Below, in pieces: positions 26,676 to 42,203 of a stretch of 64,000 bases of DNA. Origin of the DNA: Lobosporangium transversale (Eukaryota); the NCBI RefSeq assembly GCF_002105155.1, contig NW_019028980.1, positions 372,001-436,000 of the forward strand, in the 5' to 3' direction. The notes under the pieces are model-generated. The model ran no database searches and was not told the DNA's origin. It saw nothing but the letters and a program-made list of their open reading frames with translations. The first letter of the stretch is position 1; each line of letters begins with the position of its first letter. Both the position numbers and the translations under genes were made by a program.

Positions 26676-29600
26676 CTACTCGGAAACGGTTTCTTTGGGC
26701 GAATCCCACCTAGGAAGCTGACTGATATCCTTGTAGTTTCTACCAATACCCCTGAGGATATCTCGACTCGTTTTGAATGTGTCAGCATCAAAAATTCTAG
26801 GGTAGAAACCGATCGCTTGGAGCTCTGCATCCGTAAAAGCCTTCTCAGCATAAAAGATTTGGGTGAGGACAGCCTTCTTGATTGCATTCTTCCTATCCAA
26901 ACCCTGAGCGAGCTCATGTGTAGTGATCATCTTATTTGTGATATTCAATCCATGCGCAGTTCGCATCAGAGCATCTTCGTCGTCCAGGGACAGATAATCA
27001 TTAATGCTTTTGAAGGGTTGTGCATCCCCCTTCTGTGTTGCAACTTTGTGAATCCAATTGTGAAAGTAGTCCAAATGGAGCCTATAACGGAACTTTGGAG
27101 TGACCCGCATCAAATTACGGCGCAGAGAATAATCCGTGAGCAAGTCTGTCCGAAGATATGTTGGTTGGCCAAATAGCCTCGATATACGCAACAAGTGTTC
27201 TCTATCGAGCTGACCGAATTCTTCAAAATTAGGAGGGATTTGCAGCAGCTTGAGTCGGATCTCATCGAAAGGGTTTAAGCTAGTCACCAACCAGCTATGT
27301 CTCTCTTTGATGATGTCAAGCATTTTCTGCTCCTCCTTGTCTTCCAACCGCCCGGACATTGACTTTTGAAGAAGCAGTAGGTCTTTGATAGCAAGCTTGA
27401 TCAATTTGCTGTCATAACCACGACGATAGTAGGCCGCAGGGATCGTAGATGAAGGCGCATCCATCGTGATTTCAGAGAGAGAGTCAGTTGTGGATGCAGA
27501 CTCCGACTCTCTCAGTCGACGCACCAGTCTAGCAGCTATTGATTCTTGCCGCGGTGGTGACGGCGCTGACAATATTGTTGCTGTTGATGTAGGTGATGGT
27601 TCAATGACTACTTCATCCTCTGGTTTTTTAATGAACGGTTGGGAAGAGGACTGAACCTTGGATTGAACTACATCCTCGGATTCCTCCTTTTTTGGTAGAG
27701 GTTGTTCTGAAACAGCCACAGGCGATGACATTGGAAGATTCTTGATTTTAGTATAACCTTTAGGTTCCCATACCAAAAACTCTTTGTCTGCCTGGTGCCG
27801 CTCCTCATTTTCTTGCTTGACCCTGCCTTGTTCACTAATTCGGCGTAGCATAGCCCTCATTTGGTCACGCTTAGAGGCCACTCTTTCACGTTTATTCTCT
27901 AACCCAATGCCTTCAATATTGTCAATTTTGCGGCCAGCTGACGCAGCAGCAGCAGCAGCGACGGCAAACTCCCGTTCTTCATCATCTGACAAGATTTCAG
28001 CTTGGATAGCTTTCATGCGACGATACTCATTCATCATATGAGGTTTCTTCAGCTCCGCGATCTTGTATCGGAGTTCCCATTTATCTGCGGCGCGTCCACT
28101 CAACTCGAAAGGTCCAACTGTAGGTACACCATTGATGTCAGAATAGCAAACAATTTGCCACAAACTTAGTTCCGCACCCGGTTGCATCTCTAGAATACCA
28201 TCTTCGTCGAAAGTAACCTCTGCATTCTGTCCATTTGGAGACGAGGCTGCTCCTAAGGGCATGGTCTCGACCCAGACATTCATAGTCTGAATTGTCTCGT
28301 CTGTATCGACTGTAATTTTGAGGTCTTGATGGGGATACTTTGCTGTAATTTCATCTAATGTCCTGTTCAAGAGTCTGAGCTGATTTTTGAAACACTCGTC
28401 TCCCATGACGCTCGTGCCAAACAGCCGTGAATCCATTTCATCTAAAGAGATATATTGGAATCCGAATACTCTAGCCGTGTTGTGGAAGGCCACAAAGATG
28501 CCATCCATCTGTCCTATACGCACTTGAAGACTATACTTGAGGAACGCTGATCGCATCATGTCGTAGTACTCACGTTCAAAGCTCTCCAGATATCCATGCA
28601 ACTTGTTAAGTTGGTATCCTTGGTTTAATTCATAGTTATGGACATCGAGACGGATGGCTACAGCTGCTCGAGTCTTAAGATCAAAGGTTTTACCAGGCAG
28701 TCGAGGATCCTCACAATCTAATTGAGATCGCAGAAGGAACTTGTCAACTGCAATATAGTTGAAGGCCTCAGGTTGCTCTCTTTCTTCTTTCGTCACCTGC
28801 CATGAATTTGCCTTTGTGAACCTTGCAAACTCTTCTGGAGTCGATGTCAGCATTTTCTCCATTGATTTACCCTAGATGATAGATATATTTCGAAACATGA
28901 ATGAATCAACAGATTTTCTTTGTTTTTTTTTTTTTTTTTTTTTTTTTTTTATCATAATTTTTCAATAGAACTTACAAGCTGCATGAGGACTGTTGACGAA
29001 TCGAATGTTTTGTCCGCATCAATTGCATAAACACCCTTTCCTTTATATACAAGTTGGATTGTGGCGGGTGCCCGAGAAAGTCTGGTGAAACCTTTTGGCT
29101 ATATAGTTTTTTTATCGTGACCAAATAGCCACAATACGGAATGAAGAGTTAGGGTTTCTTTTTTTTTTTTTTTTTTTTTTTTTTTGGCATATGAAACTGA
29201 GGAAAGAAAGAGGGATACTAGCCCACTTGCCTGTGATTTAAATGCTTCAGAGAGATGACTTGTTTTAAGTGGTTTCCATCCTGAAATCAAAAAGTAGAAC
29301 TGTGAAAGGATGGTAGTCATAGACGATGTTGATCCAGTGTACTTTGCTTTATGACTCAAAGCCATTTTGTACAAAGTTGGATCCAGAGAAGACGTTTTGT
29401 AAGCTGGTAAAGCGTCGTAATCGAAATCTTCAGGTTGACAGATCGATCGTAAATAGGGATCGAAGTTGTATACCATCGACCGTGGATCTTGCAGCCAATG
29501 GACGCCAGGACTATTGGATATCAACGTTTCAATAATAAGGCAATCGATTAGGAAGAAAAAAAAAAAAAAAAATTAAAAAATGTAATTTCAGTAACACACA

Positions 29601-30511
29601 ACATACTTGAATAGAACTCTGTCTAAACCGTGTTCCAGTGTCGCGATTTTGGGTCTATTTCTCGGAGTAACATCTATCATTTAAAACCATCAGTTGTTAC
29701 CGTTGATTAGCTGCTTCTTATACACGGACAAAAAAAAAGACTGACTTTTTTTTTTTTTTTTTTTTCCCGGCTGTTCATTACTTTTAATCTTCACATTTTT
29801 TGCCATGACGGATTCCCATCGTGCTGGGCCTAGCAAGTACTTTGCTTGAACATCTGGGATTCGAGCGCTGTCTACACCGACCATCTTTGTGGTGCCAATA
29901 GCTTTCTCATGAGGAATATCCGCGATACGTTTGCTGGCTTCGATGGCTGCTTCAAGTTGATTAGCAAAAGGATCTACTGCTTTTACAAACGGATCGACTC
30001 CCAGTGAGCCTGCGGGCATTGATCCTGATAATTCTGACGATTCTGATGATTCTGGTATTGACTGAGTCCACGATGGTGTTAGTTTCGCTGCAGATCCATA
30101 TCGACTTGACTCTATTGCTTTGACCATTTCCTTGGCCGATATAGAGGGCGTGGTGATATAGGTTGGGTGTTCTATCGATGCAGATCCTGAAAGAGCCTTT
30201 GTAGCTTTTTGACTTGTCGAGCTTGCAGAGGCTTTTTGGGGATCACGCTTTGTGGCCATCTTATTAAGGATTGTCTGGGGACGACGTTTGAGAGCAACAG
30301 AGGATGTTGATATTGATCTGGTGTTGGTGCTGAGAATAAGTCCGACATGCTTGTCATATCCTTCTAAGGTTATAACTCTTTGAAGACGATGCTGGCGTAT
30401 ACAAGGGGATAGACAGTAGCCATGAGGGAGTCGTTGCGTAGTTCTAGCTACTGGAGTGAATGAGAAGGTTTGAGCCCTTGCCAATCTCGATATGCCTATG
30501 GTCCCTGACAT
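26676..30511 (-). CDS. PET127: Mitochondrial RNA-processing exoribonuclease Pet127
   Basis: GVHWLQDPRSMVYNFDPYL, STSSMT..LSQFYFL, QLDC.D.RLP..TFDLKTRA, SFEREYYDMMRSAFLKYSLQVRIG.MDGIFVAFHN; N-terminal presequence. Confidence 0.92.
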
Positions 30512-30867
30512 CAGCAGTTCTCTTTATATTGAGGAAAGAGGCAAGAGTGTTAAGCTATTCAGTGTCCGTCCTGTCCGCTATTTCGCTATCCTTTGATTCC
30601 TTTGCTATGAAACCACCAAGAGGCAGTTGGGTATGGTAGGAGTGTATGTACCTTTGTAAAGTTGAAGAGAGAATTCTGGATACTACATATTTCAAATCGA
30701 CAAAAAAAAAAAAAAAAAATAGTGACTGCGTTAAATTATATTTATTTACGGAAGGTCACTAGAACACAGTCCTTGTCTTTTATTATTATTTTAGGAATAA
30801 ATGGCAGTTAAGCTGTGCATCAGACAGAAGAACTAGTTTGTGTTTGTTATAGATATATCATGCTAAG

Positions 30868-31822
30868 CTAAATCTTGATCTCGAATGAGGTATCACATCC
30901 ACATGAGTGGGCTGCATGGGGATTACCCAAGACTTTAAACGCAGACCCGATAAGCTCCTCAATGAAATCGATCTTGGATCCACTGATCATGGGTAATGTT
31001 ATTGTATCTACAATCACACGAGCTCCATCCTTCTCGAATACGCTATTCAATGATAGAAAAAACATGAAAAAATATAACATAAGAATGAGAGGAAGACCAG
31101 AGAGTTCAAAGAATATATGCAGTGTATGTATAAATTTTAAAAAGAAAACATCATGACTTAGAATGATTAACCTACACATCATCATCATTGACTGTATCAG
31201 TGAGATCCATGAGATACTGATATCCATGGCATCCACCCGAGTCGACTGTGATTCTCAGAGCCAGTAATGGATTCTGGTCTCTAATAGCTATACGTTTCAG
31301 TTGCTATTTCCAAGCCATAATGTGGTGAATAAAATCCAGGGGAGGGGTATTTTTTCTTCGGTCAGATGCATGAGTGACAATGGCATTGTGCACTGTCCTT
31401 TTAAAGGAGACAATATCTACGAAATGCTTTCAAACCTTAACAGCTTTATCCGTAATATCCAGCGTTAATTGCTTTCCAGATTCATCGATCTGCGGATTAT
31501 GGATTTTTATGCTCGAAGATGTGCCTTCGGTTGGAGTTGAAGTAACAACAGCTGCAGCGGAACTACTGTTAAGGCGAGTTTGATGCCCTGGAATGGAGGA
31601 AATAACAAACGGTGAGCTTTGTAAGCAAGAAGAATGACGATGGGCTGCAGACGTGATGGTGCTGTAGAGCCGAGGCTTTGATAAACGAGCGAAGGCGCGC
31701 TGAGTAGAACCGAGAAATGTTGGGACTAAGGCTGCGCAGGCACGATTGCGAGCAACCCTTGTGATGGAAGTAGGAGGACTTAATCGTACCAAGCACTTGA
31801 AACAAGATCCCATGATGGACAT
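30868..31822 (-). CDS. ISA2: Iron-sulfur cluster assembly protein, IscA/HesB family (Isa2-like)
   Basis: LDITDKAVK, LRITVDSGGCHGYQY and GSKIDFIEELIGSAF..NPHAAHSCGCDTSF; presequence-like N-terminus. Start is 31822 or 31813. Confidence 0.9.
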
Positions 31823-31981
31823 AGATGTGCAAGGGAGTGAGGGTATGTGTGCGTTGTGTGCTGTGAATAAACGAATGAACGAATGAACGAATGAAGGGAA
31901 TGGCCTCTTATTTACTGCATGGGTCAAACATTTGCATGCAAAAAGGAAAAAAAATGGGTGTGACCTCTATTTATTAGAATT

Positions 31982-34749
<2,768 letters not shown>

Positions 34750-34869
34750 AATAACTGTAAAGGTTTTCCTCCTCTTATACGGGTACTAAAAACTTAGTCG
34801 TTGTGCTAAAAAAGAGTAACTAACATCCAAAATTTGTCGAACAAAAAAAAACGAAATTCGTTAAAATAG

Positions 34870-34949
34870 TGACGACAGTGGGATTTGAACCCACGCTCTT
34901 TCGAACCAGATCCTGATTCTGGCGCCTTAACCAACTCGGCCATATCGCC
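34870..34949 (-). tRNA. tRNA-Leu(CAG), intronless
   Basis: GGCGATATGGCCGAGTTGGTTAAGGCG-CCAGA-ATCAGGA-TCTGG-TTCGAAAGAGC-GTGGG-TTCAAAT-CCCAC-TGTCGTC-A forms a full cloverleaf with variable arm and A73. T-runs lie downstream. Confidence 0.96.
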
Positions 34950-35087
34950 TTCTCAATCTCACTGAGGAGTTTAAATATTTAATATTGCTATATATCCCGT
35001 TGTGACTTGCTTCTATAAGCTGCGTTTACCCTTAACTCTAGATGATGTAAAAAAAAAATGCCTAAAATTGTAAAGTGTCCATTTCGA

Positions 35088-35460
35088 TGAATGGCCTGAT
35101 AGAGAAACGCTGTGGAGAGTTGAAGTCGGCAACAGGGAAAATGATAGACAAAGTGCTGGGACGTGGTGGAGGTAAAGTGACAATAGACCGGATTCAGGAC
35201 GACGAAGGCGGTGTCACAGTGAATATTCTAGAGCCACAGCAAGTTAAAGAGAAGGTACGGGCATGGTTCGACAAGTGGCACGGACGTAGGCCGTCAAAAC
35301 CGCTAGAGCCGGGTTCGAGATGGCAGAAGCAATATAGCCCTCAGAGGTGGATCAAGAGTGAATGGTACGACGGTCTGATGGATCCACCAAGCAGAAATGA
35401 GTTTTCAGCTGTGGTCCTGGATGCACCCAAAAACAAGGCAGCTGGTGTGTCAGGCATTAC
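35088..35460 (+). CDS. N-terminal remnant of the LINE RT ORF (upstream of the Gypsy insertion)
   Basis: IEKRC..MIDKVLGR..PKNKAAGVSGIT is in frame with the ORF that resumes at 42379. Confidence 0.85.
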
Positions 35461-35630
35461 TGATATGTTTTATGGTAAATCGGAAGTCAAGGAGATCAAA
35501 AGTTGTTTATTATTTTAGCTAGGTCGGAGCCTTATATAGGCTCCAACATAGCCGTCACTAATTGCTCTGATCTATGAATAAAAAGGGGAGTGCTCCATTT
35601 GGGTACACTCCCTAGCCTCAGGACGTAACA
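35461..35630 (-). repeat. 3' LTR
   Basis: Identical to 42204-42373 by direct comparison. Confidence 0.97.
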
Positions 35631-36200
35631 ACTTCCCCCCAGATTTTATGTAGGGTTTTTGGCGTCTTGTCTAAAGGCCTTGAGGAAAAATAAGAAAAAC
35701 CTCTTGTTGTTGAAAGGTAGGAGGAAAAAAATAAACCTCTTGAGGACAAAAATTTAAACCTCACGTGAGACTTCACAGTGTCTATTCTTAAAACTTGTTT
35801 TGATATTTCTTTTCTTGTGATTAGAGAGAGACTTTATCTCAAAAAGTAATGTCAGCAAATGGATCATGGAAATATAACAGCCATTGGATCAGGATGTGTC
35901 ATACAGGAGATGTGGGTAGTAATTATTCAGCATGTCAAAAATGTAGAAATCTCATTGGTCCTTTGTCAAACAGGGATCACAAAAAGATCACGCCATCCAC
36001 TTCCCCCCAGAAGGACGAATGAGGATTCACGAAGCAAATGAAGAAGATTAAGGTCAAAAGGAATGAAGATTGGAAACTTCAAACGCTCACTCATTCCTTC
36101 ATTCCTCAGTATTCACTTTTGCTACTCAAACACCTTCTTGCAGGGACACATACTCATTACTTACTTTCCTTATAACAGCCATCAGCAGACAATTATCAAT

Positions 36201-36884
36201 ATGCCTTCTAACAATTCTCCCTCTTCCCCCCTGTCTGACTCTTCAACTCTACATGAGTATGAGGACTATGAATTTATCCCTACGGAGCTTTCAACAGCTC
36301 CGTCTTCACTCATATTAACAGAGACTGCAGACGTGGAGAATCGCAGTAACTTCGAAGGAGATACTGAGGAAGAGAGCAGCTATGACGCTGAGGACGACGA
36401 GGATTATGAGGGTGAGGAGGATCTGTGGGATAGTGACGAGGAGACTCGTGCCTGGAAAAAGGCACACTATCAGTTTTACCACCCAGAGGCACGGAGCCGA
36501 TCAGCCTCTCTGGAAATCCCAGGACCTCGTCCTATCAGGAAGCGAAAGGAGCCCTCTGGTGATGAAGAGTCATCAGGCAGCGAAAGCAGTGAAGCAGAAT
36601 TGTCAAGCTGTGGAGTGTGTACGACTCTTGGGAAGAGAAGACGTTTGATGGCGGAGAGTGGCGATGATTCCGCGAAGAGCCGCCTCCAAAGAGAATTCGC
36701 ATGGGCTAAGAGGTATGAACGCCTCTACAAGAAGTATACTAAGTTGCGCAAGCAATCAGAGAAGTATAAGACTATGCGCATACGGGTAGAGAAAGTTGTA
36801 GATTCTCTTAACTCTCAGTTGCCATCACATCCAGTTGCTAGTTGCAAATGCTGCAAGGGAAAGAATAAAGTTGATAGTTGCTAA
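36201..36884 (+). CDS. Extra antisense ORF inside the Gypsy element (227 aa; acidic N-half, CxxC, basic coiled coil, CxCC)
   Basis: Uninterrupted ORF between the pol stop and the PPT on the opposite strand. No recognisable homology. Confidence 0.6.
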   Translation: MPSNNSPSSPLSDSSTLHEYEDYEFIPTELSTAPSSLILTETADVENRSNFEGDTEEESSYDAEDDEDYEGEEDLWDSDEETRAWKKAHYQFYHPEARSRSASLEIPGPRPIRKRKEPSGDEESSGSESSEAELSSCGVCTTLGKRRRLMAESGDDSAKSRLQREFAWAKRYERLYKKYTKLRKQSEKYKTMRIRVEKVVDSLNSQLPSHPVASCKCCKGKNKVDSC

Positions 36885-37038
36885 ATTGAAATTTATTGAC
36901 TGTTGCGTTGCAAAAAAAAAAAAAAAAAATATTGAAATGAGGACGAGTGTGTGCTCTCTTTTCTTCATACTGGAGAAAACTTATTTGTACAAAAACTCCA
37001 GTTATCTCAACCCTACTAATATAACAGCTCTCTGCACT

Positions 37039-40000
37039 TTACAGCTTTGCCGCTACATGACGCTTGTGCCGTTTGGTCTGGTTATGGGTGAGTTGTCTCT
37101 GCTTCCTCTTAAGAAGTCTTGTTGACTCTGATGCGTTATTCTTTTGCTGCTTCTTCCTCTTTCTGTCATTAATATGAGGATTTTGCTGTCTTAGGTTCTT
37201 CCAATATTGACGAATGATGATGTCCGAGTCAAAATTCTCATAGGGAATTTGCTCGTTGTATGAGGAGTCATAGCCCTTCCACTTTACAGTATACATCATT
37301 CCTTTTCCCGTGAGTTCGTGGTCAACGATAGACTCTATTTCATACGACTCTTCACTGGGAGCATCAAGAGCTTGAGTGACCATTTTGAGCTGGCTCGGAG
37401 CATAATTACGAGCCAATTTCTGGTTGGTAGCGTCTAGCAGAGTGTAGGCACCATTTTCGGTACGAGCCACTACTTTGTATGGGCCTTGGTATTTAGGTGC
37501 TAATTTACCATTGGGCAATTCTTCCTTCGCCATGACAAACGCTCCAGGTGGGAACTGAAGGATTTTGTGTGTCCTGTTGAATTTCTCCACCATTCTTTTT
37601 TGCGTGTCAGAACTCTTATCATCGATAGCAGGGAAAACTAACGCGGTGAGATATTCCAATCTGTTCTGTAATTCTTCTTCAGACAGGAGATGTGACTCGG
37701 CTGAGGAAAAATCCGTTAGTCCTGCAAATGAGCGTCCATAGAATAATGAGAATGGCGTTGAATGATGCAGACTCGCGACTCTAGTATTCATTTGGAGCTG
37801 AACCATTGGAAGATGGATGTCCCAATCATCTGTATGCCTTCGAGTTGTTTTCTGAGGATGTCTTAAATGTGCGGACAAACCTCTCCGCTACACCATTCGA
37901 GCTGGATGATATGCGTGGAGAGTCTATGCTCTATTTGCAACTTTTGCGTTATGAGACGTGACACTCCATTGACGAATTCAGTGCCATTATCAGTTTGGAT
38001 AATTTTAGGGAATCCAATAGAGCAGAATAGCTTGAAGAGGGTGCTGGCCACCGTAATGGCTTCCTTATCAGGCAGAGGCTCCAGGAATACAAATCTTGTG
38101 CAGATGTCAACCACTACTAAAGCGTAGTTATTACCCTGGAACTGGTTTCAAATGAGGCTAAATCGAATGCTATGTGTTCCCCTGGGAGTCTGGCATGTAT
38201 GGCAGTTAAAGGATGATACCCCTTTCTAGCTATGTTGAATCTTTGGCATGGTCCGCATTGGCTAACCCATTTGAGACAATCATCTCTCAATTTAGGCCAA
38301 GTAAAGCTTTAGCATGGATAGCAGTAACCATGGCATTTCCTCCAGGATGACCGAATTCGTGTGCTAGGCGAAGATGCTGAAGCTTTTCTTCAGGATCTTG
38401 GATGATTTTTCTAGAAGCATCCTCCAACTGAAGTTGATGAGAGTAAGGAGCAGTTATATCAATAACCTGTAGAGTGGAAGGCAGCTGCTGCGAATCAGAT
38501 GACTGTGGAGCTGCCTGAACATTCTCGGTAGTCTCTGTTCTCGCCTCATAGAAGCAATCTGCCGACTCGTAGAACATGTAGCTTGTTCTTCTTTAGGAGA
38601 CTTCCACAATTCCTCAGGAAATGCGCGAGATAATGCGTCTGGAATAATGTTCAGCAGGCCTGGACGATAAATACATTCAAAATCATAGTTGAGCAGAGTG
38701 GCCTTCCAATTCAGGATTATTTGTGGCAACTCCTTCTGTTCATGAATGTACGTCAGAGGTCTGTGATCAGTATATAATGTAAATCTTCTTCCCCAAAGGT
38801 AATGGTGAAATTTCATTAGTGCAAAAATAATTGCTAAGAGTTCCTTCTTGTAAGCTGGGTAATTTTTCTCATGCTTATGCAATGCTCTGGCTTGAAAGGA
38901 TATGTAGTTGACCTTGGTTTCATCTTCCTTGCCACCCGGTAGCTGATATAGGACAGCTCCTATGCCTACGTTAGAGGCATCTGTGGCTACAAAGAATTGC
39001 TGAGTAAAATCAGGGAACGATAAGGCTGGAGCTTGGGCTATAAGCGATCTGATGCTGTTAAAGCTTCGCATTTGCTCCTTATTAAGATCAAAAGTGCCTT
39101 TGGCATTGCGCAGGGCATCTAGAGGTGCTGTGAGCGAGCTGTACAAGGGTATATACTCCCTAAAATAATTGAAGAGGCCTAAATAGCGTTGAACCATCTT
39201 CTTATTGGTAGGTGGTGTCCATGAATGCACATTAGCAACCTTGTTGATATCTATTTTGCGTCCTTCTTTGTTGATTATGAACCCCAGTAGTAGCACTTCT
39301 GTACTAAGGAATTTACTCTTTTCTCTATTGATTATCAACTTTGCAGCTGTAAGCCTTTCTATGACAATGCTGACATGAAGAATATGATCCTCTGCTGTGT
39401 GCGAATAGACAATAATGTCATCCACATAATTGTCAGCAAAGTGCAGATCATCTAAGAGTTGTGACATTCCTCTTTGGAAGATACTCGTGAGGGGTTTTAA
39501 ACCAAAAGGTGCTCTAGCAAACATATATTGCTTACCACCGTACGTAAATGCAGTTAGTGGTTGGCTTGATTTCTCTACAGGCATGCGATGATACGCCTGA
39601 GACAGATCAATTGCGGTGAAATACAGATGCCCTGCTACCCTCTGCTGGATATCAGTGATTAATGGTAGAGGGAAGACATCAGTATCCTCTAGTTGACGAT
39701 TCAACATTCTTGGATCAAGGCATACTCTATATTTCAGAATATTACCATCCAGGTCACGGCGTGCTGCCATTGTCAGGGAGTTATTATACGGACACCCCTT
39801 AGGTGCTGGAACGATAACACCCGTTTCTTGCCACTTCTGGATGGTCTTTTCCACTTCTTCTTTTTCAATTTGCGAATGGAATGGGCGAGATCTTTCCTGG
39901 ATGATACAGGTGGGTTTAACCTTTAGCTGGACCTTCATTGTATCAAGATTGCAAAATGAATTTGGCGAGATGGCTTCATTCGCCTGTAAATAAGGCTCCA

Positions 40001-42107
40001 GTGCTAACAGGAACTTTTCTTTCAATGCTTTGAATTCAGCATTGTTTTCTCTTTCTGGAGTTTGTGACGGAATGACTTGAGGTTTTTCATCATATGGGAC
40101 CCATAGGGATTCCTCCTCTCGTATCTCCGGCATGGCTATTCCCGTGATAGAAAAGCCGAGTCTAGCGAAGAGATCCATTCCCAACACGAAGTCATAATAC
40201 TCAATGTCCATGACCGACAATTGATATTCTCCAGATCTATTGTTGCAGACCAATTGGACTTTATCACAAGTAATGGCATTATCCGTGCTAGTCCCTTTTT
40301 CTATCATTGCTATAGATTCTCCTGGTACTCGACCATAGCGAATACCTTGCTCTATGGCTACTTCCTTACTGAGCAAAGAAGTTGTGGCGCCTGGATCTAA
40401 CAATGCTGTATATTGTTGCCCGTTTATAAATATAGGCACAGCTATTCTATTATCACCAGGAGCGGGACCTTTGAAAGCCCCTAGGTGCTTGATACAAGCT
40501 TTCTCAACAATTGAGTACGAGGAAAAGAAGGATTCTTTATTCGGAATTATGTCTCTTATGAGCGCACTATCACTAATCCTCTTAAAAGCACTGACTGAGG
40601 CAAGCGGCTTGCGCACATCAGTTCTCTTGACGTCCTTGGGCTTATCCTTAGAATGATCTCTGACTTGATCCTTAGCATACCGACAGTCCTCCGGGGCATG
40701 TTTGTACGGATTCGACCTACACTTCTCCGTTCCCTTACACCAGACCTTGAATGGTTTAGCCTTCTTGGCTTCTCTATCACTTGACGGATTGGCATTAAGT
40801 CGAGATCTTTTATGACTAGATCTCGGAACCTCTCTAGGAGTGTATTCCGATCTGGACTTGATGGATCGCAAATACTGTTCTCCAGCGTCTCCTCCATACT
40901 TCTGGATAAACCAATGGGCGTCATCGGTTCGTTTCTCACCTAAGGCACCTGGTGTCTTTTCTAGGAACTCTAGAAACTCCTTCAAAGAGCTAACACTTTT
41001 CACTGAGCCGAATTCCTTGATGACAGCCTGAAATCCTACGTCGGACAGATGATTGCATAAAGCTTTGATGAGCATATAGCAGCCATCATCTGGGATTCCA
41101 GCTGCCTCAACCAGTGGTAGCAATCGTTGCGCGAACGACCTAATAGTGTCATTCTTCTCAGGCCTCATAACTAGCGCCATATCAGCGATGTAAGCCCCTA
41201 GAATGTCAAACTTTAGAGCTTTATTCAAGCATGTAACTGCCCGAGACCAGGTCCTGTCTTGAAGAGGCACTTTCTTGATGAGATCGTCATAGTCTCGCGC
41301 CAGGCCGGACACTTTGGAAACGCAGAGGGATAAGTAATCCCATGCTAGTTTGTCGAAAAGAACATCAGAAAGGTTACGACGGAATATCCTCTCAAAGTCA
41401 TCACGGAAAGTGACAACCCTGATTGCTATTTCCTTGACCATATTCTTGCCGGGAACCTTGGACACGTCTAAATCAAGCATAGGCGCATCCGCAAACGTTT
41501 TCTTCTTGACCTTGGTATAGTCTACCTCTTCTGAATCTTCCATCAAAGGAATGTTCTCTTCTTTGAAGATTCGATGAAGTGCGTCATGTTCGGGATTAGC
41601 AGGATCCCATTTCACCGTTATACGGTGACTATCTGCTTCAGACACACTCGATCTATCAATCGAAACGTCCTCGCTTGAAGATAAGCCATTTCTGACCTCC
41701 TCCATATGTTCAATAGAACTATTCAAGTCTTCAGTTTGTCTTACTAAGACCTTCAAGATGTCTGCCTTCTGTTGAGCGAGATCGCCTAAGGCCTTGGTAA
41801 GTGTCTTTTCATCAATGTCAATTTTTCTTAACTTTGATTTGGCATCATTGTACCTAAGGAACAGCAATGCCTTCTTTCTGAGTGTCTCCTCCTTCTGAAG
41901 TCTATAACTTCGAAGAAGCATCGTAACATTCTCGATATCGGGAACAGCATCACTGCCGAACTCGACTACACTCTCCGTCGTATCTACGACCAGGCTAGCC
42001 ACCAATAAGTTCAACTGCTCGACAGGTGTCAAGCCTGAGCCATTCTCTGGTGAAGAGATTTCCATATCAACATCTTCGTTAATTGGTACTTTATTAATAT
42101 TAGACAT
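37039..42107 (-). CDS. Gag-Pol polyprotein (single frame; several 1-nt deletions in the integrase region)
   Basis: Protease LLDPGA, RT YVDD, RNase H TDAS, integrase HHCC (AHEFGH..CGPC), DDE (FDL, TDNG, AER), GPY and chromodomain YEIESIVDH..VKWKGY. Confidence 0.93.
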
Positions 42108-42203
42108 GATTGAAATAAAGGGATTGAAATTATGGAAAAAAAAAAATGGTTGGATGGATTGATAAAATGGATGGATGTAACTCTATGTAGATCCTTGAAA
42201 AAA

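Noticed and set aside
14774..31822. Functional cluster of mitochondrial genes (AIF, cmk, PET127, ISA2)
   Set aside because: They belong to different pathways and are interspersed with unrelated genes; compatible with chance without synteny data.
34870..34949. tRNA(CAG) as a sign of CUG codon reassignment (Ser/Ala)
   Set aside because: It has A73, U33, a Leu-type variable arm and C3:G70 (no G3:U70), i.e. ordinary leucine identity.
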